A program made the translations under genes and the position numbers. From Scyliorhinus canicula (Eukaryota), in NCBI RefSeq assembly GCF_902713615.1, contig NC_052146.1, positions 295,252,000-295,315,999 of the forward strand: DNA of 64,000 nucleotides. The letters run 5' to 3'. The notes under the pieces were generated by a model. The model was not told the DNA's origin. It did not search any database and saw only the letters and a list, made by a program, of their open reading frames with translations. Shown piece after piece: positions 11,429 to 24,407 of the stretch; positions within the stretch are counted from its first letter, which is position 1, and every line of letters starts with the position of its first letter.

Positions 11429-12687
11429 AAGAAGTACAGGTTAGGTGGTGGATTGGCCATGGCCATGCTAAATTTTCCCTCTGTGCTCAAAGGTTAGGGG
11501 GAGTGACAGGGATGGGGTGCTGTTTTGGAGGGTCAGTGCGGACGTAATGGGCCAAATGGCCTCCTATGATTCTTCCTATTACAAATGTTGACCGATCTCG
11601 TTGTGCGTTTAGGTATTATCTCTGATGTTTCAGATTCCCAGAAGCTGCATTTTTAAACCATATTTCCATTTTGTGCCACCTTTCCTCATCACTTATAGTT
11701 TGAAATGGCTGTCATTTGTTGTAACAAAAGAATAAAGATACTGGCAATCATATAGGTTATTACATTGAAAAAGTGGGGTTTTATTTCATTTCTTTACAGC
11801 TGTCAGTTTCAATGCCCCCATCACGATGACTATAGTCATTAGAGAGGTTGCTAGAACGATCCATGGCAATCTACCGTTGTTAAATGTCCTTGAACTGTGC
11901 CGTTTTTTTTTAGGTTTCTTTACAGAGTGCTGCCATGAATAAAAGACAAAGTTAGAGGATCAGCAAACAAAACGTTGCTTTATTGTTATTACATAAACTA
12001 GAACTAAATAGTGGTCAAGAATTTCGAAGGGTTCGGCAGAAGTTATGTGGACTCAAAACAGTAACCCCATTTCTCTCTCCACAGATGTTGCCAAACCTGC
12101 TGAGTTTACCCAGAATTTTGTTTTTTATTTCATATATTCCAGCATCCACAGTATTTTGCTTTTAATTAGAACTGATTTGTGGCAAAAATGATTTGCTGTG
12201 GTTTCATAGCGTTTGGGAGTTAATTGTGCAATCGGTGTGGCAGTCAGTTGTACGACTGTTGGACAAGGGCAGGAATGTGCAGGATATACCAGATCAGCTG
12301 CCTGAATACTCACCGCAGGCAGGAAACAGAAGGCTGGCAGATGGGTCAGACAGTAAAAGTTGTCACCATTCATCCGGTCTCTTATGCCGCAGCCTTCCAC
12401 CCATAGCACAAAATTCTGAGCGCATTGTTGATATTTATTCATAGTTCTTGGTTCATTTTCTGCCACTACCCATTTCTTTTATGGATCTGTGAAGCTTTTG
12501 GAGATGATTAATTGCTCGGACATCAGTAGGAAACGTTTTACGTGTCACTGTTTATTTCTGATTGCTGACACCCTACCATGGGCACCTGAAGAGGACTTTG
12601 GCTACTAGTTTAATATAGAATCAAAGAAGGCAAATAGTTATTTGGCAGTATGGAACTTGAATACTGCTGTAAAAAAAAAGTAGACAT

Positions 12688-12719
12688 ATCGAAGCTTTTC
12701 GTCTTGCCTTCATCAGGAC
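12688..12719 (-). ncRNA. Degenerate hammerhead motif, second sequence type
   Basis: Minus strand gtc-CTGATGA-aggcaagac-GAAA-AGCTT-C-gat: canonical boxes and palindromic AAGCTT helix III; helix II is weak. Confidence 0.5.
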
Positions 12720-13069
12720 ACTTTGCCAATATAAGAGGAAAACAAAAATTTCTATTGTATGAGAAGATAGTGCTGATTGGTCAGCAGGGGCCTCTCACTG
12801 CTCGAGGCATTGCCATGGAGAATGCACCAGTTGATGGTGATTGGCAGTTAACTGACTAGGGCTGTTAGAAAATCAAGCAGGCATCTTGACCCTGATTGGT
12901 CAAGGCATTGCCCTGAGGAATAAGTCAGCAAATGGCTGTCACTTATTTTGCTTAGCTGAAACAGGCACAATGTGTGCACATGTTCTTTCTGTCTGCAAAG
13001 AACAGTGTCCTGTGTAATATATGTAGCTTCCAGTATACACAAATGCACCACACTGTGAGCCTGACTGAC

Positions 13070-14020
13070 CAATTTAGGATTGGGAAGCGGATGAGGAGTG
13101 CATCAGGATGTCAGAGAGGGAATGGTCCTTCCCAGGAGAGGCAAGGGGAAGATATGTTTGGTTACATTATACAGGAGGTCGCGGGAATGACGGAGGATAA
13201 TCTATTGATGCAGAGACTGGTGTGGTGGAAGGTGAGGACTAGGGAAACCCTTCTGCTGTTCTGGATGTAGGGGGCAGGATGAGAACAGAAATGCGTACAA
13301 TGTGTTGGATACCATTGAGGACGTTGTCAACCATAGTGGAAAGAGTTTGGGTTAAGGAACGAGGAACAAGGAAGGCATGTCGGAATGTTGTAGAAGGTTA
13401 GATCATCAGAACAGATATGACAGGGAAGCTGGGAGAATGGATTGGAGTTCTTAAAGGAAGCAAGGTGTGAGGAACTGTAGCCAAAGTATCTGTGAGAATC
13501 AGTGGGCTAATAATGAATATTAGTTGATAAAGCTGATAGTTTTAAAAATAATATTCGTTATTCTGAAAGCACTGTTGCTTCTACAACACCTTGCTCCATT
13601 TCTCAATTATGCCCAACCCTTCATTTCTCTCCCATGGCACCTCTCATGCAAACACGGGAGGCGCAACACTTGCCCCTGGACCTCCTCTCACATTGTGCAA
13701 GGTTCCAGATACTACTTCTGGGTGAAACAGTGGTTTACATGCACTGCTCACAATGTGGTCTCCTCTACATTGGGGACATCCAATGCAAATCGGGTGTCCA
13801 CTTTGCAGAACACCTCCTCTCAGTCTGCAAGTGCAACCCTGAGCTACCAGTGCCTTGCATTTTAATTCTCCATCTTTCTCCCAAGAAGACATCTCTGACC
13901 AAGGCCTGCGGCATTGTTCCAATGGAGCTCAAATAATGCACCTCAGAATTCAATTTGCCACTTCTGGACACTATACAGAGGGTTCATCAATTTCAGATCA
14001 TAATCGCTGTAGCCACCCTG
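13070..14020. mobile_element. Penelope-like element remnants in inverted arrangement (minus-strand piece, then plus-strand GIY-YIG piece)
   Basis: ORF 13634..13936 contains HCSQCGLLYIGDIQCKSGVHFAEHLLSV (GIY-YIG YIGET motif). The 13070-13520 segment resembles the reverse complement of the 43320-44760 element. A decayed terminal repeat follows the CR1 at about 15305-15435. Confidence 0.65.
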
Positions 14021-14029
14021 CCCTGTCCG

Positions 14030-14063
<34 letters not shown>

Positions 14064-14189
14064 CCACCACCACCAATGTTTTATTTTCTACGTCTTTGCT
14101 TTTGGACACAGCTGTTCATTATTCTGCCACTCACAACCATTCTGGGCATATATTTTGTTTCTTTACGACAACTGTTATTTGTAATATAT

Positions 14190-15146
14190 ATAAATTTTCT
14201 GGAGGAAAATGTAGATGGTCTGATTAGCAAGTTTGCAGATGACACAAAGATAGGTGGAGTTGCAGAGAGCGAAGGGGACTATCAGAATACAGCAGAATAT
14301 ATGTATACTGGAGAGCTGGGCCGAGAAATGGCAGATGGAGTTCAATTCAGACAAATGCGAGGTGATGCATTTTGGAAGATCTAATTCAGGTGTGAATTAT
14401 ACAGTAAATGGGAGAACCCTAAGGACCATGTATGTACAGAGGGATCTGGGTGTTCAGGTCCTTAGTTCCATGAAAGTGGCAATGGAGGTGGTTAAGGTGG
14501 TCAAGAAGGCATACGGCATGCTTGCCTTTATAGGCCGGAGCATTGAGTACAAGAGTTGGCAGGTCATGCTACAGTTGTATAAAACTTTAGTTAGGCCACA
14601 TTTGGAATATTGCGTGCAGTTCTGGTTGCCACATTACCAGAAGGACGTGGATGCTTTGGAGAGAGTGGCAAGAAGGTTTACCAGGATGTTGCCTGGTCAG
14701 GAGGGTGTTAGCTATGAGGAAAGGTTGAATAAACTCAGATTGTTTTCGTTGGAAAGATGGAGGCTGAGGGGAGACCTGATTGAGGTCTACAAAATTGCAT
14801 GGCGTATAGACAGGGTGGATAGTCAGAAGCTTTTTCCCCAAGGTGGAAGACTCAATTACAAGGGGCACAAGTTCAAGGTGAGAGGGGGAAGTTTAGGGGA
14901 GATGTGCGGGGGAACTTTTTCACGCAGAGGGTGGAGGGTGCCTGGAACACATTGCCAGTGGAGGTGGTGGAGGCAGGCACGATAACAACGTTTAAGATGT
15001 ATCTTGATAGGCACATGAATGAGCGGGTAATGGAGGGATACAGATCATTTGGGCCATAAGCAGTAGGTCTAAATAAGGAATCTGGATTGGCGCAGGCTTG
15101 GTGGGCCAAAGGGCCTGTTCCTGTGCTGTGATGTTCTTTGTTCTTT
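14190..15146 (+). mobile_element. CR1/HER1-type LINE 3' fragment
   Basis: SKFADDTKIGG, KCEVMHFG, LYKTLVRPHLEYCVQFW, RLRGDLIEVYK (ORF 14254..14985). Tail GGGCCTGTTCCTGTGCTGT...TTCTTTG. Confidence 0.9.
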
Positions 15147-16134
15147 AACCATTACTGCTCCTTTTGCTTTTTGTACCAATAATCTTTCTGCCAGTTAATC
15201 TCTCCCGTCATCCACCCCATCACAGACCTTCCCTTTTGTTATTTTTCCTTCTCCTCCACCCTCCCCCTTTCACAAGCTCAAATACAACTACATTTTAATC
15301 TCCCTTCAGTTCTGAAGCAAGGTCCTTGACCTGAGACGGTAACTGTTTATCTGTCTCCGCAGATGCTGTTCGACCAGCTGAGTGTTTCCAGCGTTCTCTG
15401 TGTTTATTTCCACTGTCCGTGGTATTTTGCTTTTGTTAATGTGAGGGGTTGACTGTGATGCCCAGTTGTTCCAGAGAGGCGGTGTCTAGGTTTAGATGTG
15501 AAGGGGGTGCAAGTTACCTGGAGTAGTAGCAAATTTTACACTCCACCTATTTCCTTTATCATTAAACTCAACGGTGAGAATGCTGATACACGATCACTGG
15601 CTTTGTGCTAATATTTCCCTTTGCCCACCCTTGAAGATTTACTGAGGCAATCAGCACCAATAGAACCTTATATAAGCAGAAACTAGTCTGTCAGGTTCTG
15701 AAGAAGACATCAGTTTGACTTGGCGTTAATTCTGTTCCTCTCTTCACAGATGTTGCCAGACCTGCTGAGTTTATGCAGTAATTTCTGTGGTGAGAATGCA
15801 TTGCTGCTCCTCGATTTAACCTTCCTTCTTTATATTCCATGGGATTTCGCACCTCCTTTCAGATTAGTGCATGTTTTAAGAACAACCAGGAACAGCTTTC
15901 TCTGCAAACCTAACAAAGGGACGGGAGTAAACAATTCAATTTCCAAACCAGTGCCAGCAAATCATGTTATCGCGGCTAATCTGTACCTCAACCCCACATT
16001 CCTTGGTACTTCAACCTAACAAGAATCTGTCAACCAAGAGAAAATGCTGGAAAACCTCAGCAAGTCTGGCAGCATCTGTAGGGAGAGGAAAGAGCTAACG
16101 TTTTGGGTCCGGATGACCCTTTGTCAAAGCTCCT

Positions 16135-16771
16135 GGGCTGGATTCGCTGGTCGGCGACGACGAAATTGCGTTCGACGATCGGCCGGAGAATCACAGTTAC
16201 CGACCAAATCGGGTCGGTGCTGCTTTCGTGATGCTCCGCACCCTCCAGTACACTGCGCCACGTATCAACGGCCTCAGAACATTGCCTGAGGCCCGCACCA
16301 CCCGGATGCTCCGCCCCTGACCGGCCAAGTTCCCGACAACGTGGGGCTCTTACCCGTTGGGAACTCGGTGTGGCGGCTGCGGATTCAGTCCAGCGCCGCC
16401 ACAGTCGGGGGAGGGCTGATCCGCGGGCAGGGGGGACTTTATTAGAGGCTGGGGGCACTGTAGGGGAGTGGTCCAGGGCACGTGAGACAGCCAAAGAGGG
16501 GGGGGGGGGCGCTATTTTTGTGGGCCGGGTCTACGAGCGCCCACCGCCATGTAGCACGCCGTGGCCACTGCAGGCCGCCCCCTTGCACATGCGCGGCCAC
16601 GGACCCAGCAATTCTACAGGCCCTATCGGCAGCTAGAGCTGGGTGCTCTCCGCTGTTGCCCTGCTAGCCCTGAGCAAAATGGAGAATCGGTGGCCATTTG
16701 TTCTGGCGTAAAATGCCACCAATCCCCACGCCGGCGTGGGGACATAGCCTCAGAATCGGAAAATCCAGCCC
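16135..16771. mobile_element. GC-rich non-autonomous DNA transposon (MITE)
   Basis: Terminal inverted repeats GGGCTGGATT...AATCCAGCCC. Confidence 0.65.
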
Positions 16772-19700
16772 CTTGAATCTGGCAAAGAGTCTGTCAATGT
16801 TAGTCTTGAAAACTCGAGTTGTCCCAGCGTTCACACCCTTTTGGGAGCGAGAATTCCAGATTTTGGCTGCGTTTTGTATTTCCCCATCCTGGATTCACCC
16901 AACAGATGAAATAGTTTCACTTCGTCCACCCTATCGAATCCTTTTAACGTCTGGAACACGTCAATCAGATTTCAGCCGCCAATATACTCTAATTAAGGGA
17001 ATGCAAGCCAAGTTTTGATCGTAATTTAAGCATCTGAGTCCAGCCATCATTCTGATCGGGATGCACATGTGCCAATTTTAAGGACCAAAATACTGCCTGT
17101 GTTACTGTTCATGGTAAGCCAGAGGATGTGCTGCTTTTCAGAATGGGAAGTTTATTCAAAGCAAAATATGAAGTATTATTCTGCTGGGCAGCATCCGTGT
17201 CTCTTTCAAGCAATAAAATCCACTTCTTCAGTAAATACGAGGTCAAATCACTCAGGTTAATTGTAGCTTGGTCGGGGAACTTTAAAAATTATGGTGGTCA
17301 TTCCTGGCTCCAAGACAGGACCACCTATCATGTAGCTAGCTCTTTTTTCCTCAGACTTGCTTGCAATTGCAATAGAGTCTGGAGAGCAATTTCTGTATGG
17401 TCAGTTTTTAGTACTTAGACGAGAACCTCCAGAATTTCTCCCGTCCCGTCACCCCCCCCCCCACCCCCCTCCCTCCCCCACCCCCACGCCAGCAAGTCTC
17501 TTCTGCATTTCCTTTCTCGTTTAAGACAGTCCTTAAAACCAACCTGCCCTAAAATCTCATGTCTCTCGGTGTCATATTTTGTACGTCCCTGTGAAGCAGC
17601 TTCGAGATATTTTATTATATTAAAGGCACTACATAAATGAAAGTTTTTGTTGTTGAACCCAAGGGGAAGCTGTACATTATGAGATCTATACCACAGTGTT
17701 TTAATACAGGGGGGGGAGGAGACATTGAAACGACCTGCCAGAGATGTGGCGGCTTCCATTCGACTGTTGAACGGGCCTCATTGTCATGCTCACATCCAAC
17801 CTGAAAAACATCACATGAATAGTCCTGTAAATGTATGCTTCGTGTGACATGGCGGCTGAGAAATGTGAGCACGTCTACAGGGTGAGGGCCGAGGCATTCC
17901 CTGATCACGGGCCGATCGACTCTCATCCACGGAGCTGCTGAGAGCAACAGACCAGTGCAACGGGCGATCAGGCCCCTGCTGGCACCGTAATGACCCTCAG
18001 CTAACGTGGAAAGGGCACGAGAGAGGGCGGGGGGAGGAAGTAGAGGGAGCAGTGACCCAGTGACAATGGCAGGGAAGTTGGTGGCTGGAGGCAGGAACAG
18101 AAGTTCTGCTTTCACTAATTCCATATTCAGATAAATATGTTTCAAAACCTGAACCTGCTGCTGGCAACCGATGGGATAAGGTTCAGCCCCAGAAATATGC
18201 ACATAATTTTCAGTATCACCCATGCTGTTGAAGAAAATTGATAATAATAATAATCTGTATTGTCACAAGTTGGCTCACAGTAACACTGCAATGTTACTGT
18301 GAAAAGCCCCAAGTGGCCCCATTCCGGCGTCTGTTCGGGTGCACAGAGGGAGAATTCAGAATGTCCAATTCAGCTAACAAGACGTGTTGGAGGAAACCGG
18401 AGCGCCCGGAGGAAGCCCACGCAGACACGGGGAGAACGTGTGGACTCCACACAGACAGTGACCCAAGCTGGGAGTCGAACCTGGGACCCTGGCGCTGTGA
18501 AGCAACAGTGCTAACCACTGGGCTAGATGAGCAGATGCAGTCGCAAAGAACAATCAGTCTCCTCAGATTGCTGTCAGAAGGCTCCTTGGGCTGGAATTTA
18601 TGGGGGAACCAGACTGCTGAACCCCAGGAAAGCAAGTTGGCTGGTAGCCTGTGCCAAAGCAGGTGGGCTAAACTGGGTGATAGTTTAGTTGGATGGCGTC
18701 CCACCCTTGAGAATTGCCAGCCAATCGGAATGCCAGTGCCACGGCTCAGTAGTTTGTGTTACTGGGAGCACAAACAAGCCCATGAGGAAGAGGCACTGGA
18801 GCTACATACGTGGGGCCTTTTTGATGTTGGGCCTTTTTGGGGTCAGGCAGCCCAGGAGGTGGTGGTGCTGGGTTCTCAGGAAGGTAGGGAGCTGGTTTTG
18901 AAGGCCAGGCGCATGCATTAAACATTTGGCATGGCGCACACAGGGGACGCACCCCTCTCTACCTGCCTTATCAACACTTGCCCACTCCTGCTTGCCTGCC
19001 TATCAATGCCAAGTATAATACGCCATGGGCAATATATTGTATGGTCAACTGGCTTGATAATAAGTTCAACTGACATGTAATTATTTATTTAAACATGGAG
19101 GTGGGCTGCCAGACTGAGGGGTCGGGTGGCTGGGAACCCCTCATATTTTACACCCAACCCCCCTGGTGAAAAGAAACCCAACGGGTGACCATAAAATCCA
19201 GTCCCTTGTTCCTGATTTCAGTGCATAGAGTATACCAACTGCTCACCCTCCGCCGAGATCGAATGGTATGTGGTATGAACTCCGAATTCCAAAAATAAAT
19301 TGTAGGAAAGAAAAGGAAATTGACCATCGACAAAAGAAAATGTTTCCTTTCTCTCCGTTAAGTCCATTGATTTTGCTTCTAGAATATTCCAGGAACATGG
19401 TATGTTGTCCTGTCACCGTGTAGGCAATGTACCTGCTTTGCTTAAACACAATATAATTTGGGCAGATGGTAGCATAGTAAGGCAGCACGATAGCATAGAG
19501 AGCAGCACAGTAGCATAGTGGTTAGCACGGTTGCTTCACAGCTCCAGAGTCCCAGGTTCGATTCCCGGCTGGGTCACAGTCTGTGCGGAGTTAGCACGTT
19601 CTCCCCGTGTCTGCGTGGGTTTCCTCCGGGTGCTCCGCAGTCCAAAGATGTGCGGGTTGGGTGGATTGGCCGTGCTAAATTGCCTTTAATGTCCAAAAAA

Positions 19701-20281
19701 TGTTAAGTGTTACTGGGTTATGGGAATAGGGTAGATACGTGGGCTTCAGTAGGGTGCTCTTTGTAAGGGCAGGTGCAGACTCGATGGACCGAATGGCATC
19801 CTTCTGCACTGTAAATTCTATGATTCTATAATGGAGAATAGATAGAAATCAGTGGTTCAGGAAAAGCAGAAACCAAAAATCCCCAAATCTGACTCTAAAC
19901 TGTTTCTTTATGAATGTTTTGTAAAAGACGTGCTGCACATTATTCCTAAAACTGCCTGAGCAAAAATAAAGAGTTCCATTGTACATTTTTTTTTAATGTA
20001 CACAGAATTAGAAATTCGATTATATGTTGGTGAAGGTGCCATATATTTATTCAATTAATCTATTGGTTTAGAGGAGCAGAGTGTTCAGGGCTAACCTACC
20101 CTGGCCTGACAAAGAAGTGGTTTGTGTAAACTCTGCTTTCCCTGGGTGGGATGGGGCGTAATGTGTTTATTTATCTTCTTTAACTGGGGTGTGTTAGGGT
20201 GCTGCCAAACATCAGTCGCTCCAGCTATCCACAAAATCCTATAGCAAACAATGATTTCATGTGCTTTGAATTGTCCCTTAC

Positions 20282-20380
20282 CTGCCTCTCAATTTGTAAC
20301 ACTAACTCATTATTGGTCACGTTCCTAAATACGTCTGCTGCTTCCTCATGCTGTATATTAACAAGTGAAACTCCACCAGC
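20282..20380 (-). CDS. synj2bp: SYNJ2BP-like PDZ protein, coding exon 3
   Basis: tctttag|AGGVSLVNIQHEEAADVFRNVTNNELVLQIERQ|gtaagg; 99 nt, phase 0/0. Aligns with human VNGQDLKNLLHQDAVDLFRNAGYAVSLRVQHR. Confidence 0.8.
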
Positions 20381-22307
20381 CTAAAGACAGGAGATCAAGA
20401 GAGATACAATGAAGTAGTGGTGTAGTTGGGAGTGATCTATATATAATGAAAGTATTGGGTGGAGACTAGATTGTTAAGCATGCTGTCCTTTCACATTTAG
20501 AACGTGGATTCAAAAGCAGACCAGACATAGAAAATAGAAGCTGGAGGAGGCCATTCAGCCCTTCGAGCCTGCTCCACCATTCATTATGATCATCGCTGAT
20601 CATCAAGTTCATACCCTGATCCTGCCTTCCCTCAATATCCCTTGATCCATTTAGCCCCAAGAGCTATCTGTAATTCCTCCTTGAAAGACAAAAGTTTATT
20701 TTCTGTCTGTACACTTTTCCTCTTCCCCCACTGAACGTGTTCAAATTAAGCTTCACCGCACAGTTTCATAACTCAATCTTCAAAACTGTGAGAATCTTTA
20801 CCTTCTAGTTTCTCCCACAATTTTCAACATTAAACACTCATCAAAACAGTACATTATTCAACTTGTCTTTTCATATCTTCCATCTTGGTTGTGTCATATC
20901 GTGATGGTTGAGCTGAAAATGACAATCAAATGCCTTCCACGCAAGGCACGGTAACACAGTGGCTAGCACTTTTGCTTCACAGCGCCAGGGTCCCGGGTTT
21001 GATTCTCAGCTTGGGTCACTGTCTATGTGGAGTCTGCACGTTCTCCCCGTGTCTGCGTGGGTTTCCTCCGGGTGCTCCGGTTTCCTCCCACAAGTCCCGA
21101 AAGACGTGCTGTTAGGTAATTTGAACACCCCTCATATTCTGGAGGTGGCATCGTTGCAGATAAGCTTAGAGGTGACTATAGTTTTTTAAAAAGCCCCATA
21201 ATTGCGCCACTGACAAAAGTTAATTTTCACCAGCACAAATACTTATACTAATGCTTAGCACACTCTCCTTTCACATTTAGAATGCAAATTCAAAAGCAGC
21301 CCAGACAGGAATATACTGTGGCTAAGCACTTGTTAAACATCCACTCCCTCCACCATTGGTACTCCTTGGCTACAGTGTACACCATCTACAAGATGCACAC
21401 CAACAACTCGCCAACGCTCCTTCGATAGCACCTTCTGGTACGGACAGAATTTGTCTGGTCCCTTCCAGTCCATAATCAGGATGTTTGTCTGTCAGGTGTA
21501 TTTCCTAACTTTAGGTTGAACTTTTTTCTATTTTAAAATAAATCCCAGCAGCAGGTTTTTTGATGGTTTTAAAAATGAAGTAAGTTATTATCACACACTT
21601 GCTCCACTTTTGAAATGAAACATCTCAATCACACTTCCCATTCAGTCTATCACATACACACAGGTTAGATGCAGATGAAGTTAAAGCCATAATTATAAAA
21701 ATTGAATTTCTAATTCAGTGTCTATGTCGACGCAGGTCTGATATCTTCTAAGTTGAGTTGATACTTTTGTTGGAGTGATGGCCGTTCAGAAACAAATGAA
21801 GCTGTGAAGCCTCTTGTTGACAAATAGCCAGCAGATTGGTTCTCAGGTGGACTTGGAAACAGAAAGAAATACAGTACTTTGGTTCCATTAGAAGACATTC
21901 AGCTGAGATGGTTCAGCTGCTTCCTGATGTTTAAGATTTGCTGCCAGATTTGCTTTGCACAGGTTGTATTTTACGGCAGTCCCTGAAAGTTAGTTTCAGT
22001 CACATGACTGCAGGGTTAACACTTCTGGAGTCCAAAACATACGATAGCAATTGACAGTGGTCACTCACTCTGCCCCAACCTGAGCTCAAATTGTCTCCTT
22101 TTTTCAATACGGCACTTGGAGACCAACAGTCCAGCGATCCAATATTCCTCAAATGCTGGTTCATCCTCAAACAATGAGATGTTTAGATTCACAGGTGGCT
22201 GTAATGTACCCTTATTCAGATTCATATTTAACTAAATGTTGGCCACAGAATCAAACCCAATCCACAGTTTAAATGCTTATAGTCGCACATTAAGTTGCAG
22301 ACACCTC

Positions 22308-22786
22308 GGCCGGGATTCTCCGCTACCTTCAGGGGCTAGGCCAGCAGGGTTGGCATCGGCGGGGTTGGCGCCGTGCCAACCGGAGCCGAAGGGCCTCTGC
22401 CGGCCAGCGTGAGTTGACGCATGTGCGGGAGTGCTAGCGTGTACTGGCGTCATCCCAGCGCATGTGCAGGGGGGGGTTCTTCCCCGCGCCGGCCATGGCG
22501 GACCGTTACACCGGCCGGTGCGGAGTGAATGAGTGCCCCCATGGCACAGGCCCACCCGCCGATCGGTGGGCCCCGATTGCAGGCCACCCGCAGAGGCAGG
22601 TCCCGCCGGTAAGGACCTGGTCTAATTTACGCCGGCGCGACCGGACGAAAACGGCCGGCCACTCAGCCCATCGTGGGGTGGGGGGGGGGGGGGGCGCTGC
22701 CAACAACCCCCAACTGGTGGGGCGGGATTCACGCCGCACTCCCCCAGTGATTCTCCAGTCCAGCAGGGGGCCGGAGAATCCCGCCC
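22308..22786. mobile_element. GC-rich MITE with 14-bp TIRs and 3-bp TSD (PIF/Harbinger-like)
   Basis: GGCCGGGATTCTCC...GGAGAATCCCGCCC, flanked by CTC (22305-22307 and 22787-22789). Confidence 0.75.
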
Positions 22787-23125
22787 CTCATCAGAGTTTG
22801 TGGCCATTTTCACAAAGTATGAACTTACAGTCTGTAGAATCCAATATTTTCATGCTTTGTACTGAGCATGATACTCTAAACCCACAACCTCTACTATCTG
22901 TCATAACCAGAGGAGCAAGCACATGGGAACACCACCACCTGCAAGTTTCCCCTCCAATCACACACCATCATCACTTGAAAATAAATTACTATTCCTTCAC
23001 TGCCACTGGGCCAACATCCTGCAACTTCCTCCTTGGCAACACTGTACCTATACCACATGGTCTACAGCTGTCCGCGAAAACCTTCTCAAGGGCAATTTGG
23101 GATGGGACCTGCCATGCCTGTGGTG

Positions 23126-23386
23126 TGATGCACGTTCAATAACTCCCAAAGCGAGATTGTAGGACAATTGAAGGTTTTATTGAACTAGATGTTTCCCCCA
23201 GCAGCGCAGGTGCAGAATGCAGCAGCTAGGGAAACACAGACTCTTATACTCCGCCTTACTGGGCGGAACCAGCAGGCAGGCTTCACCAATGATCTTACAG
23301 CATCCGGTACCTCCAACACCAATGATCTTACAGCATCAGGTACCTCCAACCTAGGTACCGTAATACCCCTAATACCCACTACCACA
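23126..23386 (-). mobile_element. Short solo LTR with 5-bp TSD
   Basis: TG...CA ends; TSD TGGTG (23121-23125 and 23387-23391); TATAA and AATAAA on the minus strand; internal 33-bp tandem duplication. Confidence 0.8.
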
Positions 23387-23592
23387 TGGTGTACACATTA
23401 TATGAACAAACTAAAACTTGTTAGCTGACCATTTAACTGCCTCACTTGTCCAATTTTCATTGTTCTGAGAAAATTTATATACTGAATATTAATCTACGTT
23501 CTCAGACGCTGCTCGATTTTGCAGTTTTTATTTCTTCATAATTCCAGGGGGGAAAAAATCATATTTAAATCAAAACAATTACAGGAACATAC

Positions 23593-23729
23593 CTCCAAGA
23601 CCTTGTCACCCTCTTTAAGTCTTCCATCAAGAGCTGCTGCTTCGTTTTCTCTTATTTTAGCGACATAGATTCCCGAATTTCCAGGAAAACAGGGTTTATC
23701 CACTCCTCCCAAGATGTTAAACCCAAACC
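23593..23729 (-). CDS. synj2bp: SYNJ2BP-like PDZ protein, coding exon 2
   Basis: tttacag|(G)[45 protein letters not shown]|gtatgt; 137 nt, phase 1/0. Has the GFGF carboxylate-binding loop and the AAALDGRL motif of SYNJ2BP. Confidence 0.9.
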
Positions 23730-24407
23730 CTGTAAATGAGCACCAAGCATGAAGGTAAATCAAAATGCCATTGAATTGTAATGTTAGGTAAAATAGAGCT
23801 CTTCAATAATAATCTTGCCTGCGCTGGAGGCAGCTATTTATCATCCATTTATAGCAGATCGAATCATTCAAGCAAGTGAATTGAAACTGCGAAGAAAATC
23901 GTGGGGCAGTTATTGGGTATTGTGGTGTTTGTTACTCAGCTAATAATGCAGAGGCTTGAATTAATAATCCAAGGAATGTCATTGCAAATGTCACTGTGGC
24001 ACTTTGAGTATTTGATTTCAGTTGAAATCTGGTCAGTAAAACTGATCATCAAATTGTCGGCTTGAGGCAAAAACTTAGCTTGTTTACTAATGTCCCTTCG
24101 GGAAGGAAATCTGCTGTCCTTAATCAAGTGACTCAAGTCCCATGCCAACGTGGTCAAAAATAACGACCCTCTAAACAGTCCCTCAGTGAGGTCAACTAGC
24201 GATGGGCAAAGTAACTCCCAGCCTTTCTAGCAACAGCCACTTTCCAAAGGTGATTGAAAGACTTGCTGGGAAATTCTGAATGTGGCTGTCTGATCTCGGG
24301 CAAATGGTGCAAACACAGGGCATTAGGAGGTGGAATGGAACAATTGAACAGGGGCAGGCTATTCAACCTGTTCCACCAATCAGTCAGATAATGACTGATA
24401 TGCACAT

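Noticed and set aside
12125-12466. 113-aa minus-strand ORF with a GTGAGT donor-like site
   Set aside because: No recognisable homology or compatible acceptor; cannot be supported as an exon.
10100-20200. COX16 downstream of the SYNJ2BP-like gene
   Set aside because: No COX16-like peptide (GVPMLLL, IRGPRPWE) was recognised in any frame examined.
21436-22875. Possible minus-strand solo LTR interrupting a LINE tail
   Set aside because: An insertion is plausible, but termini and TSD could not be established.
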